Source: Dudresnaya verticillata
Taxonomy: Eukaryota
Reading direction: 5' to 3'
DNA: 64,000 nucleotides
Assembly (NCBI GenBank): GCA_977862235.1
Contig: OZ374560.1
Span: 310,001-374,000, forward strand
Shown: piece after piece, positions 1 to 13,921 of the stretch
Layout of the letters: every line of letters starts with the position of its first letter
How positions within the stretch are numbered: the first letter of the stretch is position 1
Translations under genes and position numbers: made by a program
Notes under the pieces: generated by a model
Told to the model about the DNA's origin: nothing
The model's input: only the letters and a program-made list of their open reading frames with translations
Database searches by the model: none

Positions 1-453
1 AAAGTATGAAGCCTGTTCTCTCCGCGTGATGGGAGCGGCTGACACTCCTCATCGCACTGTACCTTAACCTGGGACCCTGTATGGAATCGGTCCTTTGAAC
101 CTCTCGTCTCGCCAACCACACAAAACAACCGGAAGTATCCAAATTGTGAGAACGCTGCCACGCGTCTCAAGCACTTCTCCGCAGATCATTGTGGTGCAAT
201 TCACTGGAGTAAACACAATGGAGGATATACCTCGGGCTTTTTGGGGGGCCGTGAATAGCAAGGGATGGTTATTACAGCTGGGTAATGCCCCTTGGTGCGA
301 CTGTAAAGCACCAAAAGACAGAAAAACTGGAGGAACCCAATAATAGAGGAAAAACGAAGAAAATGGGAAACCAGGGTTCTGTATGATGAAGAAGGGGTAC
401 CCATGCACTGGATGCCCTTCTAAAGACGAACGCATCGGTCAAGGGCAGGGAGG

Positions 454-763
454 TGTGTGCCGTGGAGCCCGAGCTTCACTGTTTTCCTGAATGAGGGCGC
501 GTCCCTCGCTATAATATACTATCTACAAGGCTGGCGCGCCGCGGTGGAGGATTACAATAGTAAAGGGAGGGCGTGCCACTTCTCATTGCGTGTCGCGCAC
601 AAATAAATAATTATCTAGAACATATCAACTGCCCGAACCCTGGCAGGGTGAGCTGATAGCGGGCGCCGAGGGCGCACACGGGCACGCTTGTGCCCGTTGT
701 CGTCTTGAGGGGCCATCCATGCTGGGAGCGGGCGTTGGGGGCTGTCAGGCCGAACTCCTTACA
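454..763 (+). mobile_element. 3' LTR (about 310 bp) of an LTR retrotransposon entering from the left edge, inserted into the Sola-like transposase
   Basis: Purine tract aagggcagggagg (441-453) directly precedes TGT; ends ...ccttACA at 763; contains TATA-like tataatata and aaataaataa; transposase homology stops at 764. Confidence 0.6.
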
Positions 764-2130
764 GTGAAATTTCCCCAGTGCCATTGCTGGCGGTGAGTCC
801 GCGATTTGACGCAAATGAGCGCGGTTGAATTGCAGTACAAGCATAGCCCTGAGAAGCTTGCGACTTGCATCAGACGCGATAGGTGCGATCGCGGAGTGTA
901 CGAATTGCTTGGTTCAGTCATAAGCTCTTCCAAAGTCAGGGCCCTGTGCACTCTCATGTGCCCGGACGTGAAGCTAAAGATTTGGTCTATATCCGTGTGG
1001 GTGTGCCCGATAGGTAAAAATGAGAGAAGGACCTCTTGGAACACCCCCCATGCCACTAGGGATTCAAAGTAAGAGAACATGAATCGGTTTTTGTTTTCCC
1101 TAATGCAATTGTCTAATTGTATCAACAGGGTGGGTTGCAAGATGCTCGCCGTGTTCTTGCGCATTACCATACGATGCAGCGCCTGGATGATATGATTGGC
1201 CCCGGTTTCGTGTTCTGCTGTCATAACATAGAGTGAGAGATTGTTCTGGGGTCCGTGGTCGAGGACGCCTACCAACTTGATTTTAATGGTATGTCCAATC
1301 ACGGATTTCGTCGTGGTCTCGAAGTGCCGAAGCCCAAAGGCCAACTGATCAGATGCATCTATTACCAGAGAGCAATAATCCGAGGGATAGGCTCGAGTGC
1401 GGCCCTTAGTGATCTTGTAATCCAGCCGCTCCCTCGCAGTCATATCTAAATGGGTCCTGTACAGTGCTTGGAATTGCGCAGCTTTATTAATTTTCCCCTG
1501 CACTGGCCAGAGCGTCCTTCAGCTCTTCACATACAGCGCATTTTTTGAAGCGTTGTACTTTTCGAGGCTTCGATTGCGGGAAGTACTTCGCCCACGTGAG
1601 GGTGAAGTAGCTCATACTGGCTGGGGATTTATTTGCATACAATGAACTGTGTTCTTCTTCATATCTCTCATACAATATCTTCTTTTGAAAGTTGTGTAGG
1701 TGCTTCTCCAGCGTGTCAGGCATTATGTCTGCGGTGGACTCAGAAGGACGGTGCAGGAAGGACAGAATCCTGCCCCTCTTCTCATTATGTGTTTCCTGAG
1801 GGGCAGGGACGACTCTGTTCACGTCTGCGGACCCAGGCGTCCGTTTGACAGAGCCTTGCAGGTCGCGTGAGAATCCGAACCACTTCTCTGGAAAGGCGAA
1901 ACAAATGCGATTCCCATAAAACGTAAACGTTTGCCGTCATAATCCAGCATGGAAGCCAGGTATGCCTTCCGTTCGGTAGGATTCATCTGCAACACCCGTC
2001 TTCATTCGGCGTTTAGTAACACATATTCCCCTTTGTCGGGGCATTTGCGAGTCAAACAGCACTCCATACTTGCGAATTGAACCTCGCTCAGTTGCTGGAT
2101 TGTCGCTTTGCGTCGCTTTGCCAAAAGACG
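764..2130 (-). pseudogene. Degenerate Sola1/Sola2-like (DUF7869-type) DDD transposase
   Basis: Motifs VIDASDQ, LIQLDNCIRENKNRF and SFLPIGHTHTDIDQIFS in ORF 745-1503; upstream CAVC...H...ER..Y zinc-binding region in ORF 1487-1822 joined by frameshift; further stops upstream. Confidence 0.75.
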
Positions 2131-5100
2131 TCTCAGACGGCAGTGAACGTCGGCTACCCACGCCGTGAACGTATTTAGTCTTGCGATATCCAGACGCTGT
2201 GAGATCCTCTGGTAAGGACTTCTTTCTCTTGTCGAGGGGGGTTCGTGTTCTGCTTTGCGTAGGTGGTTCGTACTCCTCATTCCCTGGCCGCACTCTTGTT
2301 CGCCTTCATCCTGTGAAGATTTTCTGCTCTTGATTGCGTCACCGTCCTCGTCCACGCCAGGATCCTGTTCTTGGACCTGAGTAGTACCTTGCACTCCACG
2401 TTATGGACGGTCGACGGAGTCCTCGCGGATGTGGCTCGCTGCATCCATACGCGAATGAGTAGCTGGTGCATGTTCTTCATGGTGCGTCGCTGGCGGTTTC
2501 TGCGGAGGTGGGGGGATGGGGGGCTGCTTCTCTTGCATGTGCTGCAGAATAGAGACGTCTACCGCATCATTGTCATGCCGTGTAGCACTCTTGGATCTAG
2601 TTGGAGGTGGGGTGGTAGGCAATTCATTAACGGAAGGCTCTTTCGATTCAACCCAGCGATGAGGAGAGAACGGGGGAGTGATAGCAGTATCCACGCCAAC
2701 GGATTTGTTGCAGGTACTCGAAGCCCTGTCGCGTCGAAGTACCCGGTGCTGTTAAATGTTGTTCGTGAACTGGCTGCGCCGAGGGATATTGGAAAAGAGA
2801 TAGTTGGTCTGGACGATGTGGGTATATCCCTGTACGAAACCTTAGCATTCCCCGAATTCTTCGACCGTGCAGGGGATCTCCTATGCCGATAGATTGAAAA
2901 AGAGCGAGGCCTTATCCACGGAATATAAATTATTCATTCAGGGCAGGTACATGTTCCCGTCCCGAGGTGAGGAGAGGGATAGGTTTTAATAGTCTCTTCA
3001 CAACGTGAAGGAGGCGAATGAAATGGAGAACAGTTTAGAGGAAGGAGCCTAACATCCGCCCCGTCGACTTGAAAAAATTAGACGAAGGATAAAGCTGTAT
3101 GAGGTGGCTGAGAAGCCGAGTCGAGAAGGGAAATTGAGAGGCGACTATAAATCCATTCCTAGTTACAAGAAAGATACATGGTGATGTTTGTAACGAAGAG
3201 CTACTGTATCTCGTTGCGGGTTGGCGACGTATGGTTACAAGTGTACGGTCCATGAAGTGGAAAATACGAGATCTCGTGCACTTGTGCACGAAAGAATTGG
3301 AACCGCGCTCTGCGTGAGTACGTCTTACGATATAGGGATCTCAAGTTTTACATACACATTAAGATAACACACGTGTACACCGTCGCATGGCAGTAAACGT
3401 TACGTTCGTACAACACTGTGTTTGTTCGTCTTTCAGGCACTGCGAAGTCGGCAGCCCCTTTTTTGGTGCTTCATCGGAGAAGGTATGGTGGTGCATTTAC
3501 TCTTGCAAATCTACTGGATCTTGGGTGATGACGGCAATTTTCGGACGCAGGTAACAGTGAAGCGAAGATGAGGGTCATGGAGGCTTCGTTAAATGCTCAG
3601 AAGGAGCCGTCAGACACAGAATATGTGTCGAGCTCGCGGATGTTACTATTTCATAAGGCCGATGTAGGAATGCGACAGGCAGGACAGTTGTTTCGCTCAT
3701 ATCGTGTCTTGCCTCTAAATACGTCAAAACGAGTGTCTGCCGTCCACCAGTGATAGCGTTTTGTGCGCCCGCTGTCGTCCGGGACAGTCACATAGGCAAC
3801 TACCACTGAGAATGACAGGCGTGCCGCTTCTTTGCACCGTTGAGCTGACATGTCCAGCAAGGTGGGACCACACCTGCATTTTCATTGCCTGAAATACACT
3901 TTCATTCCGCCTCCCTGCATTTCACACGCCATTCCTCAATCAACAATTCATCTGATACCTCTGTATTGTCCTCAACATCACTTCTGAAGCCTTCATGTAT
4001 GGTTTATTCATCTCAGTTGGCTTGGGTTGGCATCACAAAAAATGTTTCCAAAGAAGCACTGTTCCCCATCCCCGCCACGGGTGATGTAAGCAATTCGAAC
4101 AGGCATTACAGCAAAGAAATTAACTTTAGGTAAAGCTTTCGATCACCTGAATACCATGGTGGTGCAACGCTGACTACAGCATTTAGTTTTTGCTCTCCGT
4201 CACAATGGTATGGGACGGGATCTCTACCGTACACATTGGTCGCCGATAGCGAGTCTAAGAGCAACGCGCTGTCAGTGTCAATCGTCGCAAGCTTTTACAA
4301 AGTTTCTAAAAGTATCTCTTTAGTTATCATATCCCTTCATTTCCTTAAAATACTTTACAACATATACTTCATACGCTACTAGTACCATATTACAAAATAT
4401 GTTTTATCGTACTTGTTACTTTATTCATCCATGAATGCCTGTGAGTCATTTTGTACTACAGGACGACGCTGCTCCCTCTCATGCCATTCAGCAGGCCCCT
4501 GTTGAGCCGTGGCACTGCAGTGCCAATGGTAATTGTGAGAACACGGCAGCGGCATTTCGTAGCATAGCGAAGATGAGCAGACAAACTGGTGGCGGTGGCG
4601 CCGGGCTCACTCGGGCTTTGCGCGACCTGGCCACGGCTGCAGAAGTTGCGTTTTTATGTACATCTTCTTTTTGTTGCTTTTGCATTCCCGGGCAAGAACT
4701 GGTGTTTTCTATATTCAGAGTAGCACAACGGCTTCGTTATGGCGCCTTTCGCCCTCTCCTAGTACTCGGCCAGTCACCCACCTTCATTAACCGTCCATCG
4801 CAGGTCATCCGTACGCCTTCATGGGAGAATTTAGTGGGCCCGCTTTCCGCACGGGCTCGAAACCCGCCTAGAGGAGGAAGTGAAAGAAAACCGGACCATA
4901 CGCTTCACAGACGCAGCAGTGTGCTCTCACCGCGAATCAACGTCTGCGCGTAGGGTGCACAGCTCCACCGCGCCCCCTTGCGCAGCGGCTCCCTGTTTCT
5001 GCCTACAGCGGCGCGCGTATCGAGCCGCGCGGGCATGGCGTGGCGCTCTCTCTCAGTCCCCGCAGATGTCGCTATCAACATCCGAAGCCTCCCCACCGCC

Positions 5101-6254
5101 CTTTCTAGCCCCTTTTCGCCGCTCCCCCGCTCATGTGCCCGTCAGAATGCCTCCGGACGCGCGAGATTGTACCTCTGGATCTATCCACCGGCCTGTCCGT
5201 CCTTGCGACCGCTCACCCCTGCCGCTACGGGTCATAAGCTGCTGCACGCGTTTGCAACTGCTCTACGCGTTACGACCCGCCCTGCTAGATGCCCGCCGGA
5301 CGCAGTACCCTACGCGCTACTCACCCAGATCCTCACCCGCCCCGGACGCGCTGCACGTCGGTCCGTCCGCGTGACATACCTGCACGCGGCTGCCGATCGG
5401 CCTGCAGGACAGGCCCTCTGGTGCAGAGGAGGGCTGCCGACAGACCTGACGATCTGCATCCAAAACCGCCCCCATACGGCCCAGCGCCGCCGCCATGAGC
5501 CGGCGCTCTGGCTCACTGGAGCGCGTTCCGTGCGCTAATGAGCTGAGCCGATCAGATTGCAGCCGAGGGCTGCCGAACTGAACCAAAGTCAACCCTCACA
5601 GAGTGCGCGTCGCGGCCCGTGCAAATCTCACACGGACCGCACCGCGTGCCCCTCGCGCTCAGCGCGCATATCTCCCCGGCACCGCCCCGGTCTCGTGCGC
5701 GGCATGGCATCCCGCATATATAGGCCCGGGACTACGCTGCGGGCCTGCGAGCGCACGCGCGTTTGCTACCGCGGCAAGAGAGAGCGGCACTCGAAGAGAG
5801 GGGGGTGGACCGGGTGGATGGCCGCAATGGATGCGGCTCCATTCACAGGTTTGCGTGCTTGTGCCTCCCGACTGTGAAATGGTGCGAGGTTCCGCACCAC
5901 AGTGTGTTCATGACGCGGAAGAATGTGAGGTGCAGCGGACAAGCGGGGCGGCGAGCGCGCACCGGTCGTGAGAGGCCGGGACCGAAATTCTGAAACTAGA
6001 ATTTAATGGAAATTCGGAAATAAAGCAGAACGTTCACGAACGTTTCGGGGGTATAGACGCTATGTATAGAGAGCCATAACCTCTGTTGTATAGGTGTAAT
6101 CGGAAAACAGATTTCAGCACTGTTCGCCGTTGGAGATCCCCTTTCTAACGCGCTAAAGAACGAGGTATTCGGAGAGCTTTGGTTCCAGACTGTTCGCCAG
6201 AATTCTACCTAAAACACACGCAAATAGTGTCGATGAAAGTGCGCGGTTGCGCAA

Positions 6255-6295
6255 CCCTTACAGCCGCTGCTGATGGGGTGATAACAGCTATACTA
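6255..6295 (-). repeat. Fragment of an LTR terminus related to the solo LTR ending at 43993
   Basis: cttacagccgctgctgat....gtg.t.acagctatacta matches 43952-43991. Confidence 0.55.
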
Positions 6296-6459
6296 GGTCC
6301 CAATTGTAACTACCTCCATGGCTTTGATGGGTTCAACTGTGTAGATTTCCTACTCCCCGTAGTGAAGAAATCTGGTCCGAACGGCTCATACCGATCTCAT
6401 GAACGTCTGCCGATAGGGTATCCCGGACAGAAACGAAAGGAAGGGCCGCCAGACATCGC

Positions 6460-6720
6460 TTGGTCACTAATGCGCCGCTTCAATCCGCGAAGAAGCAACT
6501 ATGACCCTTGGCGAATGAGCAGGCGCATATAAGCGTCGATACTGCGGCGGCACATCAGCGGGGAAGTATTCGGTCCATATGTGGAACCTTTCGGGTGTAA
6601 CAAGATCCGTGGACTTCAAATTCGGGTTCTCGTTTAGGAGGTCGTTCAGTACGAGCGGTGTGATAAAGTTCTACTCTGCCCCGGGATCCACGAGAACGGA
6701 AGTCTCCCCTGCACCTTTAA
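6460..6720 (-). pseudogene. pol: Gypsy aspartic protease fragment, same lineage as the elements at 8.8-22 kb
   Basis: Minus-strand translation VLVDPGAE*NFITPLVLNDLL...MRLLIRQGS*LLLRGLK aligns with LCADGGSDINLMP...ELRIRNGKALLIRNLKW (about 15.8-16.0 kb). Confidence 0.6.
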
Positions 6721-7132
6721 TTTGGTCCAAACGTCGGAGACACAGAGACACCCGAACAGTTCGTATGTCCGGCGGGTAGCAGCGCATGTGGCGATAGTGA
6801 TAGAGCATGTAGCAGCGCCTGGGATGGACTGTAACGCAGGCGGAAAAGGGAACAAAAAAGCAAAGAAACAAAAAGAGAAATGCGTCAACGACGGGGCTGA
6901 GCTGGGAAGCATGGAAACGAAGAAGTTTGGCCCTCGGGGTAGCGGTAAGGTACGCGCTTCTCAAGAGGGGTAGTCTGGATTAGGGCCAGCTTACAGAGCT
7001 TAACTAAGTACGACTACGGCTGCATATGCGGCGGGAGTGACGTGGCAGAGCGTGGGAATTCGGTACACGCGTCATAATGCGGTGCGACTGAAAAGCGAGT
7101 CGATATGCTGCCATGCTCCTGAAAGGCTTGCC
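6721..7132 (-). mobile_element. Degenerate family-A LTR (U5/R part), interrupted by the solo LTR at 7133
   Basis: Similar to the reverse complement of the 3' half of the 30643-31558 LTR (caaacgtc...cagttcg, agcggtaaggtacgcg, agtctgga.ta.ggcc.gctt). Confidence 0.6.
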
Positions 7133-8037
7133 TGTGGTGCAAGGGGGCTTGCCGTTTTTTCGCTCGGAGCTTGTGCTATGAGATAATGTCTCCCGACGGA
7201 AAACCGCCCCCGGAGCACAAATCCCCGTTGTTGCGTGAATACGTCAATGAAGACTGGTCCATCGGCACACGGATGCCATAACCCCGCGCAGGCATGGATC
7301 CGGGGGTACTGTACGCCCGGCGTGCGACCGATCCGTATTGCACATCGAGATCAACAGGTTGTGAGGCGCGAGCCTGTAAGGATGGCTCAGATCCAGATCA
7401 GATCCGCATTGGACATCGGGATCGAGCATCGGGATCCATGCTGATGGAAGGCGTGCGCCTGTAATGCGGGCATACCCGTAATGATGGCTCACATCGGGAT
7501 CAGGATCGGTATTGCCCGCGCCACGACGCGCACGATCCTGTAGGGAGCGCGTGGCCACATGTGTGGGTAACCGTGTGTATAGGAGCGAGAGAGAAAATCT
7601 ATAAGACGTATTGCTGTACCGCAGTACCGCACGGCAAATCTGTCAGACACACTACAGCGCAACACATGTTCTGAGTTCCCGCACGCCCACTGCGCCGCCG
7701 CTACCTGCAAAGCAGCGATAGTACATAGGTAATCCTTCTGAGACGATGGAGTAAGTCCCGGTAAGCCGGCCTTGCTCCAGACTGCCCCTCCTGTGTCACC
7801 GCGTACTTTACCGCTGCCACTGAGGCCTTAGTGTCTATCCTTTCGTGCTCCCACGTTAGATGCCGCCAGCGATGTGTTCTTGTTTAGCTTTTCTTTGTTA
7901 CCTTTCCGTCCGCCTTGGGCTTTTACAGTTCGCCCTCTGCAAGCTACCGCTCTACCAACTACCGTCTCGAGAGGTGCTACCCGACGGGTTTCGAACTGCA
8001 CGGGTAAGCTCTTTCGTCTTAGACACTTTGCACTACA
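7133..8037 (+). mobile_element. Solo LTR, family A (905 bp)
   Basis: TGTGGTGCAAGGGGG...TTTGCACTACA termini; collinear with the 30643-31558 LTR, including ATCGGGAT repeats; no TSD visible. Confidence 0.8.
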
Positions 8038-8815
8038 TCCACATCGTCGTCGTGCACGCCGCGCTCGTGCTCACACACACGCGGCCACGCATGAGGCTTA
8101 CGGGCGCGGGTACATTGCCTCGCGGCTGATCTGGATCTTGATCCCTATCCGGGCCAGCCTGAAAGGCGCTCGCATTACACCGTAGTAAATCCCGCGGCCT
8201 TACACATCTTTCCTCCTGGGGGTGTCCCGCCTACAGCGCGGTCGCGTTGCGCTGCGCCAGACACAAAAGGGTTGCACCGGGATAATCTCTATCAAAAAAT
8301 CGTGCTTCAACCGGTGTGCGTGGCCCCACGGCGGCTGTGCGCGGCTGGGATTGTCGACGATTGTGGCAAACGAGAGGCGTTTTTCCAGCCAAAGTTCAAA
8401 AACGGGGGTCAAACTTGACTGTGACCGGTCAGCAACGGCGTGTAATCGACGTTGGTGGCCGGTCACAGACGTTGTATCAGCGCCCTTGGAGAGTGTGCGT
8501 CGACGCATCTGTGCTGCGCCCCACAGTTAAGTAACATAGCACAGAAAGTGGTACTCTCAATATCTTTCTCTCTCTGTCCAGTCTCCCACAATAACCTTTT
8601 CTAACCTGCGTTTTTGCGCATATAATCGTTCTGAAGCTGCTTGTTGAGTGTTTCTGGCATTATGCGGCGATAATTGCTTTAGGCAGGGTTCAGGTAGTAC
8701 CTAGATATGGGCGCTCATTGCGAGGAGAGACGATACCATCTGCCCTCAGATCAGTATTGAAAGACTAGTTCAAAGACCAAAGATGAATCGCTGGTTACGT
8801 GATGGACATATCCAT

Positions 8816-9220
8816 TTTGACGTGGAGCACTGCGCTCGCGAGCAGCGCGTTGGAAGCGACCGCGGCCTTGCAGGTCCGCAAGGCGTGTGCGCTCACGCGA
8901 TGGCACACGTGTGTTGGTTCGTGGCCTGGAACTGTCTGTAGTCAGGGAAAATGCGTTCTCAAGATGACTGTCAAGTTCGCTGCGCACCGACAGCTCGACT
9001 GTAAGCTTTCCCTGGCTGGAAGCTGGTAGGAGCAGATTTGCTCGATAGAGATTAGTGCTATAAAGGCCGAAGCCCTTCGGAGCGGACCCCACGTGGATTG
9101 GAGAGGATCGCACAAGGTGCGTCGCCAACCGATGCGCTCTTGCCTGCCCGCGTCCGCTTCCTTTCCCAGTTGTACACTGTCCCTTCGCAACCTTCGCTGC
9201 GCGCCCTGAGTTATCAAAGT
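8816..9220 (+). repeat. 5' LTR of B1
   Basis: Collinear with 21669-22090 (e.g. ggctggaagctggtaggagcagatttgctcgata), roughly 80% identical by eye. Confidence 0.75.
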
Positions 9221-9299
9221 GATTTCTCGCGAACAACATACAGTTGGCGCAATGCTTGCAACGATACCAACGGTAGCAAGGAGGAACTCTGGAAGCAGC

Positions 9300-12200
9300 A
9301 AGAAGAATGGCGACACAGTACGCCAAACTATCATCTAGACCGTCAAAGCGCCACGTCAACAAGGTGTGGAGACTCCTGACTTCGTATTGTTCAAGGAGAA
9401 GAGAGAATTGTATGAACGCGCCAAGTGGCGGAGAAGAACGCCGAGACTGCAGCCGAGATTTCGTTGACTACCTATCGCAACTCGGTTGATCTGCGTTTCC
9501 TGGAGCTACTCATTTGGTTCGACTGGGTTCCAGTGGACGACGAAGGTTATATCACGGAAGATCATTTGCGCCAATATATTGAGTATCGTGCTACTGTGGA
9601 TCCCGGTGATTAAGATCTGGCTCTCATTGGGCACGAGATACGATCTGGCAAACTCGGGAAAGGTGACCGCAACTCAAAGCTGGAGACGTAAGTATGGAAC
9701 ATGTGCCTCAACTACAACACGAAGCTCTACGATTGTGGCCACAAGATGTTTGTGAATGAGCAGCCAAAGTTGGCCTTCCAACACGTCATGAAGCGGATTA
9801 CGCACCCGCAGCATTACACACGCATGGTGCTCGCTTAAGCGTCGGAAGAAGGAGTTCGAAGAGTCATTTTGAAATTTTGTCAAGCTCGTCGTGGATGAGG
9901 CCAAAGTGATAGACCGTCATGAGTCGACGGAGAATTAAAAAGCTGAGCAGCTCGATTCGGAGGATTACAGCGCCGTCCGAGGGCAGGACGCGCGACCCTA
10001 TCGATCACTTCGTGGTCGAGGTGGCGGTAGTAAGAACAAGGGCAATGGTTCTGCAAAGGAAACCACCACTGGATCCGCTGGCAAGACGACCAACATCGGA
10101 AGTCAGGGGACAGGCAGTAAGCGTAAGCGCGAGCTGCCCGTTTGCTTACACCCTCAGTACCATAAGCGCCACTAGATGAAGGATTGTGATATCGCAACCG
10201 AGGATGAGAAAAAGAAGTACCTGGGTGAGTATCATGAGAAAAACGGAGACGCGATGGAAACAAGTATGGAAAGCTCAAAGTCGGTGGCCTCAGCACCACG
10301 GGCGACGGACATGATAACTCTTGTCTGTTCTCCGCGAAGTTTTGCAACGGAGAGGTCGATTGTTCCGTGTTGGCTGACCAGGGTTCAGATATGAACGTAC
10401 TTCCGCCTACATTGTTGCCCAAACCTCTCAGGGTCAACCCTGAGCTAAAGGGCGAGCACCCAGGAGGACCGAAAGTTCGACAATTGGAGGACATCAGTCC
10501 GGCAGATGTCGTGCAGCAAATGTTGAAGACAGATTTCGAGCCCCGGATTCGTCATGGGGACACACTGATGCCACGCAGAGTCAAGTGGCTTATTTGTGAT
10601 AATCAATTAGTTCATGCCCAGATCGGTTGTCACGTACTCGCGGTGCTAGGCTTGGACAATCGTGTCATACTAGCTGCGGCCCGTGACCGCCTTGGAGAGA
10701 TCGTGGACGTGCTTCGTTTGCTGAAGTCAGATGGACACGAAGACGACCCTTGTGCGGATGGGGCTACGTCGATCGGAGGTATTTTGTGCAAGCTCGGATT
10801 CCAGTGGGGCAGTACCTTCCACAGTGAAGGTGGAGCGGAAGAGGATAAGCTCGAGGATAGAGACGTTTATGTCGACTTGGGCGACGATCCGCCTGCCGCA
10901 CCCGATGGTGCTTTGGCTGAAATGCTCGAACGAGAGAGGGAAAACGGTTTGAGCGCCCCTGAAGTGGAGAGACTCGCCGGCTTGCTGCATCGTTATCGTT
11001 CGGTTTTCGAGTTCGGCTGGAGAAAGCCTCACTAGCCGACGTGAAACCAGTGAGGGTACATCTGGAGCCAGGACATAGGCCGGTTAGAGTAAAGGCTCGA
11101 CGGTACTCACTGGATCAACAAAAATGCTTGGACAAGCATATCCATGCGTTGAAAGAGATGGATTTTGTCGAGGAGATGCCCACAGCGGCTTGGCAAGCTG
11201 CTCCGTTGCTCGTACCCAAGCCGGGAGCACATACACAATATAGAATGGGTGATGATTTGCGACTCATTAATGCCGCTACTGTCAAGGAGGCTTGGTCGAT
11301 GCCCGACTTGGACTCGGAGGTAGACGACTTTGCAGAAAGTCGTTACTTTGCTTTCCTGGAATTTGTTTCCGACTATTGGTAAATGCCGTTGCATCGGGAG
11401 TCGTACAGGACCTGAGCGATTGTCACTCCGCGTGGCGTTTTCGCATCGAAACGTGTACTCCCGGAGCTGCCGAATGCTACCGCATTCCTTTAAAGTTCAG
11501 TGGAACCTCTGTTCATGTCGCTTCGTCAGTGGCTCAAAACGTGGTTGGATGACTTCAGTCTCCATTCCAAGGATGAGAAGAAGCTTCTCAACAAGCTTGA
11601 GGAATTCTTCGCTATCTGCAAATAGAAGAACATTTTTCTTCACGCACTCAAGTGCAAGTTGTTCGAGCGCGAGCTAAAGCGTTGCTGAAAATCGTATTGG
11701 GCGAGGGAGCATGGATCAAGCAAGATTGGATGAGATTAGGGACATGACAATGCCCGACAATGCTGAGGAACTGGCCCGATTTATGTACTACTGCAGGTGG
11801 ATGAGTATCACCATACCAGACCGCATGGCCCGGATAGCTCCATTAACTGCCGTACTGGAAGAAGATTATGCAAAATGTGGCAAACGTAACAACAGGTCCA
11901 TTCGTCGCATCATGTTGCGAAGTCTATCTTGGGGCTGTGTGTAGTATCTCAAAAACACCACCTAGTGCGGCGGCCAGATGAGACCCCAAGAAAAACCCAA
12001 AAGACCTGTCGGATTTCGTAAAAACTGGCCAAACGTAGAACGGACCTGCGCGCCGGTAGCAAGCGTGGTAGAGCGGGAGCGCGCAGACGAAGTCGTGACC
12101 AAAATCTGCGATGAGGACAGAAAATGGCCAAGTCGGGGGTTCAGTTGCTAACTTTACTCCCAACCTCTGGCGGGACGGCTTCGTGCCTGTGTTGGCTGAG

Positions 12201-13300
12201 CCGAGGTATGTGACCGTCTAAATAGACCCAAAATCGGCCATCTGAGCTATCCTAAGGCTATTCTACAGCTAGTGGCCGAGGTTACTCACCATGGCCCAAA
12301 ATATCTTCTCGAATCCTGGCTTCGGGCCAATATTAGAGCCCTACCGAATTAAATCGAGTACTTGTCAGTTGATCAGTGGTTGTAGCAGTTAGATTTCCCT
12401 TGATTTTTTTCGTGCTTGATTCCTTGATATGGTGTCGCAGCCAAATCCTTTTTCCGTAATCCGATCCCGTTTTGATCCCAATTGGCCTATCCAGATTACC
12501 TCCGTCGTCCATATATGATCACTCTTCCTTGCGCTGGCCACGTGGTTGACACGTGCACGCGTATGACCCACGTGTCATGCGTGTGGCTCCCTGCCGGTGT
12601 CCACCGCCATCCGCGTGGCCGTACAGTAGCGACTTCGGCCAAGTTTCTCTTGTGTGTTGGCCAATTCGGGTGCGTGGTCCGGTCGACAGGCGTGTCTTCG
12701 GAGGCCCCTTGCCGTTGCACCACACTCTGTACATGAGCATACGGTCAAAGATCTACAAGACAGCCTACAAACGCTGTGCTCATCTCTAATCCTGATCAGG
12801 AGAAGGATGTTTGCATGTTCACTGATGCCTCAGACCGCTACTGGTCCAGAGTCGTGGCGCAGACGTCGCCTGAGCAATTGTCGCTCCCATTCGAGAAGCA
12901 GAAGCACGAGCCTCCAACATTCCTAGGTTCATCGTTCAAGGGCTCAGAATTGGGCTGGACGACCTTTGGGAAGGAAAGATCTTCTATTTTTCAAACTTTC
13001 GTGAAGATGGACTATCTACTAGGACCTCACAAAAAGACACGAGTCTTCACGGATCACCGCAACTGCTGTTTGTCTTCGTACCTCTTGCACTGGAACCCGC
13101 GCTGGGTCGTTAGGTAGTGTTCAAGGTACGGAGGTGGGCTCTGTGCTTGTCTGGCTCTGGATACGTGATAGAGCACATCGAGGGGAGAAATAACTTCTTC
13201 GCAGGCATTCTCACCGACAAAAGGGTAGTATAGAGATCGGAGCGAGCGCCTGGCCATTTGTAGCATGCTGCTGCATGAAGCTGAGCAGCTAATTTTGGTA
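9300..13300 (+). pseudogene. pol: gag-pol relic of B1 (gag, protease, RT, RNase H), split by the solo LTR 11940-12724
   Basis: LADQGSDMN (PR), WQAAPLLVPKPG...DLRLIN, KTWLDDF (11542-11553), FTDASDRYW, FTDHRN; many stops and frameshifts. Confidence 0.85.
11940..12724 (-). mobile_element. Solo LTR (785 bp) inserted in the B1 RT/RH linker
   Basis: TGTAGT...CACCACA termini; TSD ctgtg/ctctg; removing it restores SLSWG-S-VHEH, matching KLSWGQKH in B2. Confidence 0.8.
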
Positions 13301-13921
13301 TAACGAATAGTCCACGGTGACGTGGAGAAGTCTGGTACTGTAAGCGAAGTCCACGGGGCCGAACGGGTGGCCTCGTAGCCAAAGTGAAAACGAAGAAAAG
13401 GAGGAGGGGTAGCGTGGTAGAGCGGGACGACCGACGCCTAGGACCACGGTGTCAATGAATACGTGTGCGGAAGGGAGAACTCGAGCAATCGATCATCGGG
13501 GATGATTCCGGGTTCGCGGGGCTGTCGAAAGCGAGTCTCGACCGTATCCGCGAACACGAACTCGAAGACATCGAACACGAAGCAAAAGGCGTTTACCGCA
13601 GACTCCGAGGTCCGGGGCTAGTCGCTTACCAGGAACCCTCGGAGGTAGTGCCAGAAGACCGTATAAGTACTGCTTTGCGAGCACGAATACGCGTCAACCC
13701 GGGAGAAGGTTCATACTCGGCTCATTCGTAACATCCTCGGAGCCAACGAACGGCAGTAACGGTATGGTGTTGGTTACGCAACGCCAGCAATGCAAACGCG
13801 CACGGTGGGCCTCGAAGCCGTTAGCGCAAGAAACAACGGAGATACTGGGAAGGTGTCAGCAATCTCGAATACCATTGCGGGCTGTAATGCTCTGGACATC
13901 GTGGCACGCGGAATCACGGAG

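Noticed and set aside
4435..5993. Many overlapping 60-190 aa ORFs
   Set aside because: Expected in GC-rich sequence; no recognisable motifs or dominant frame
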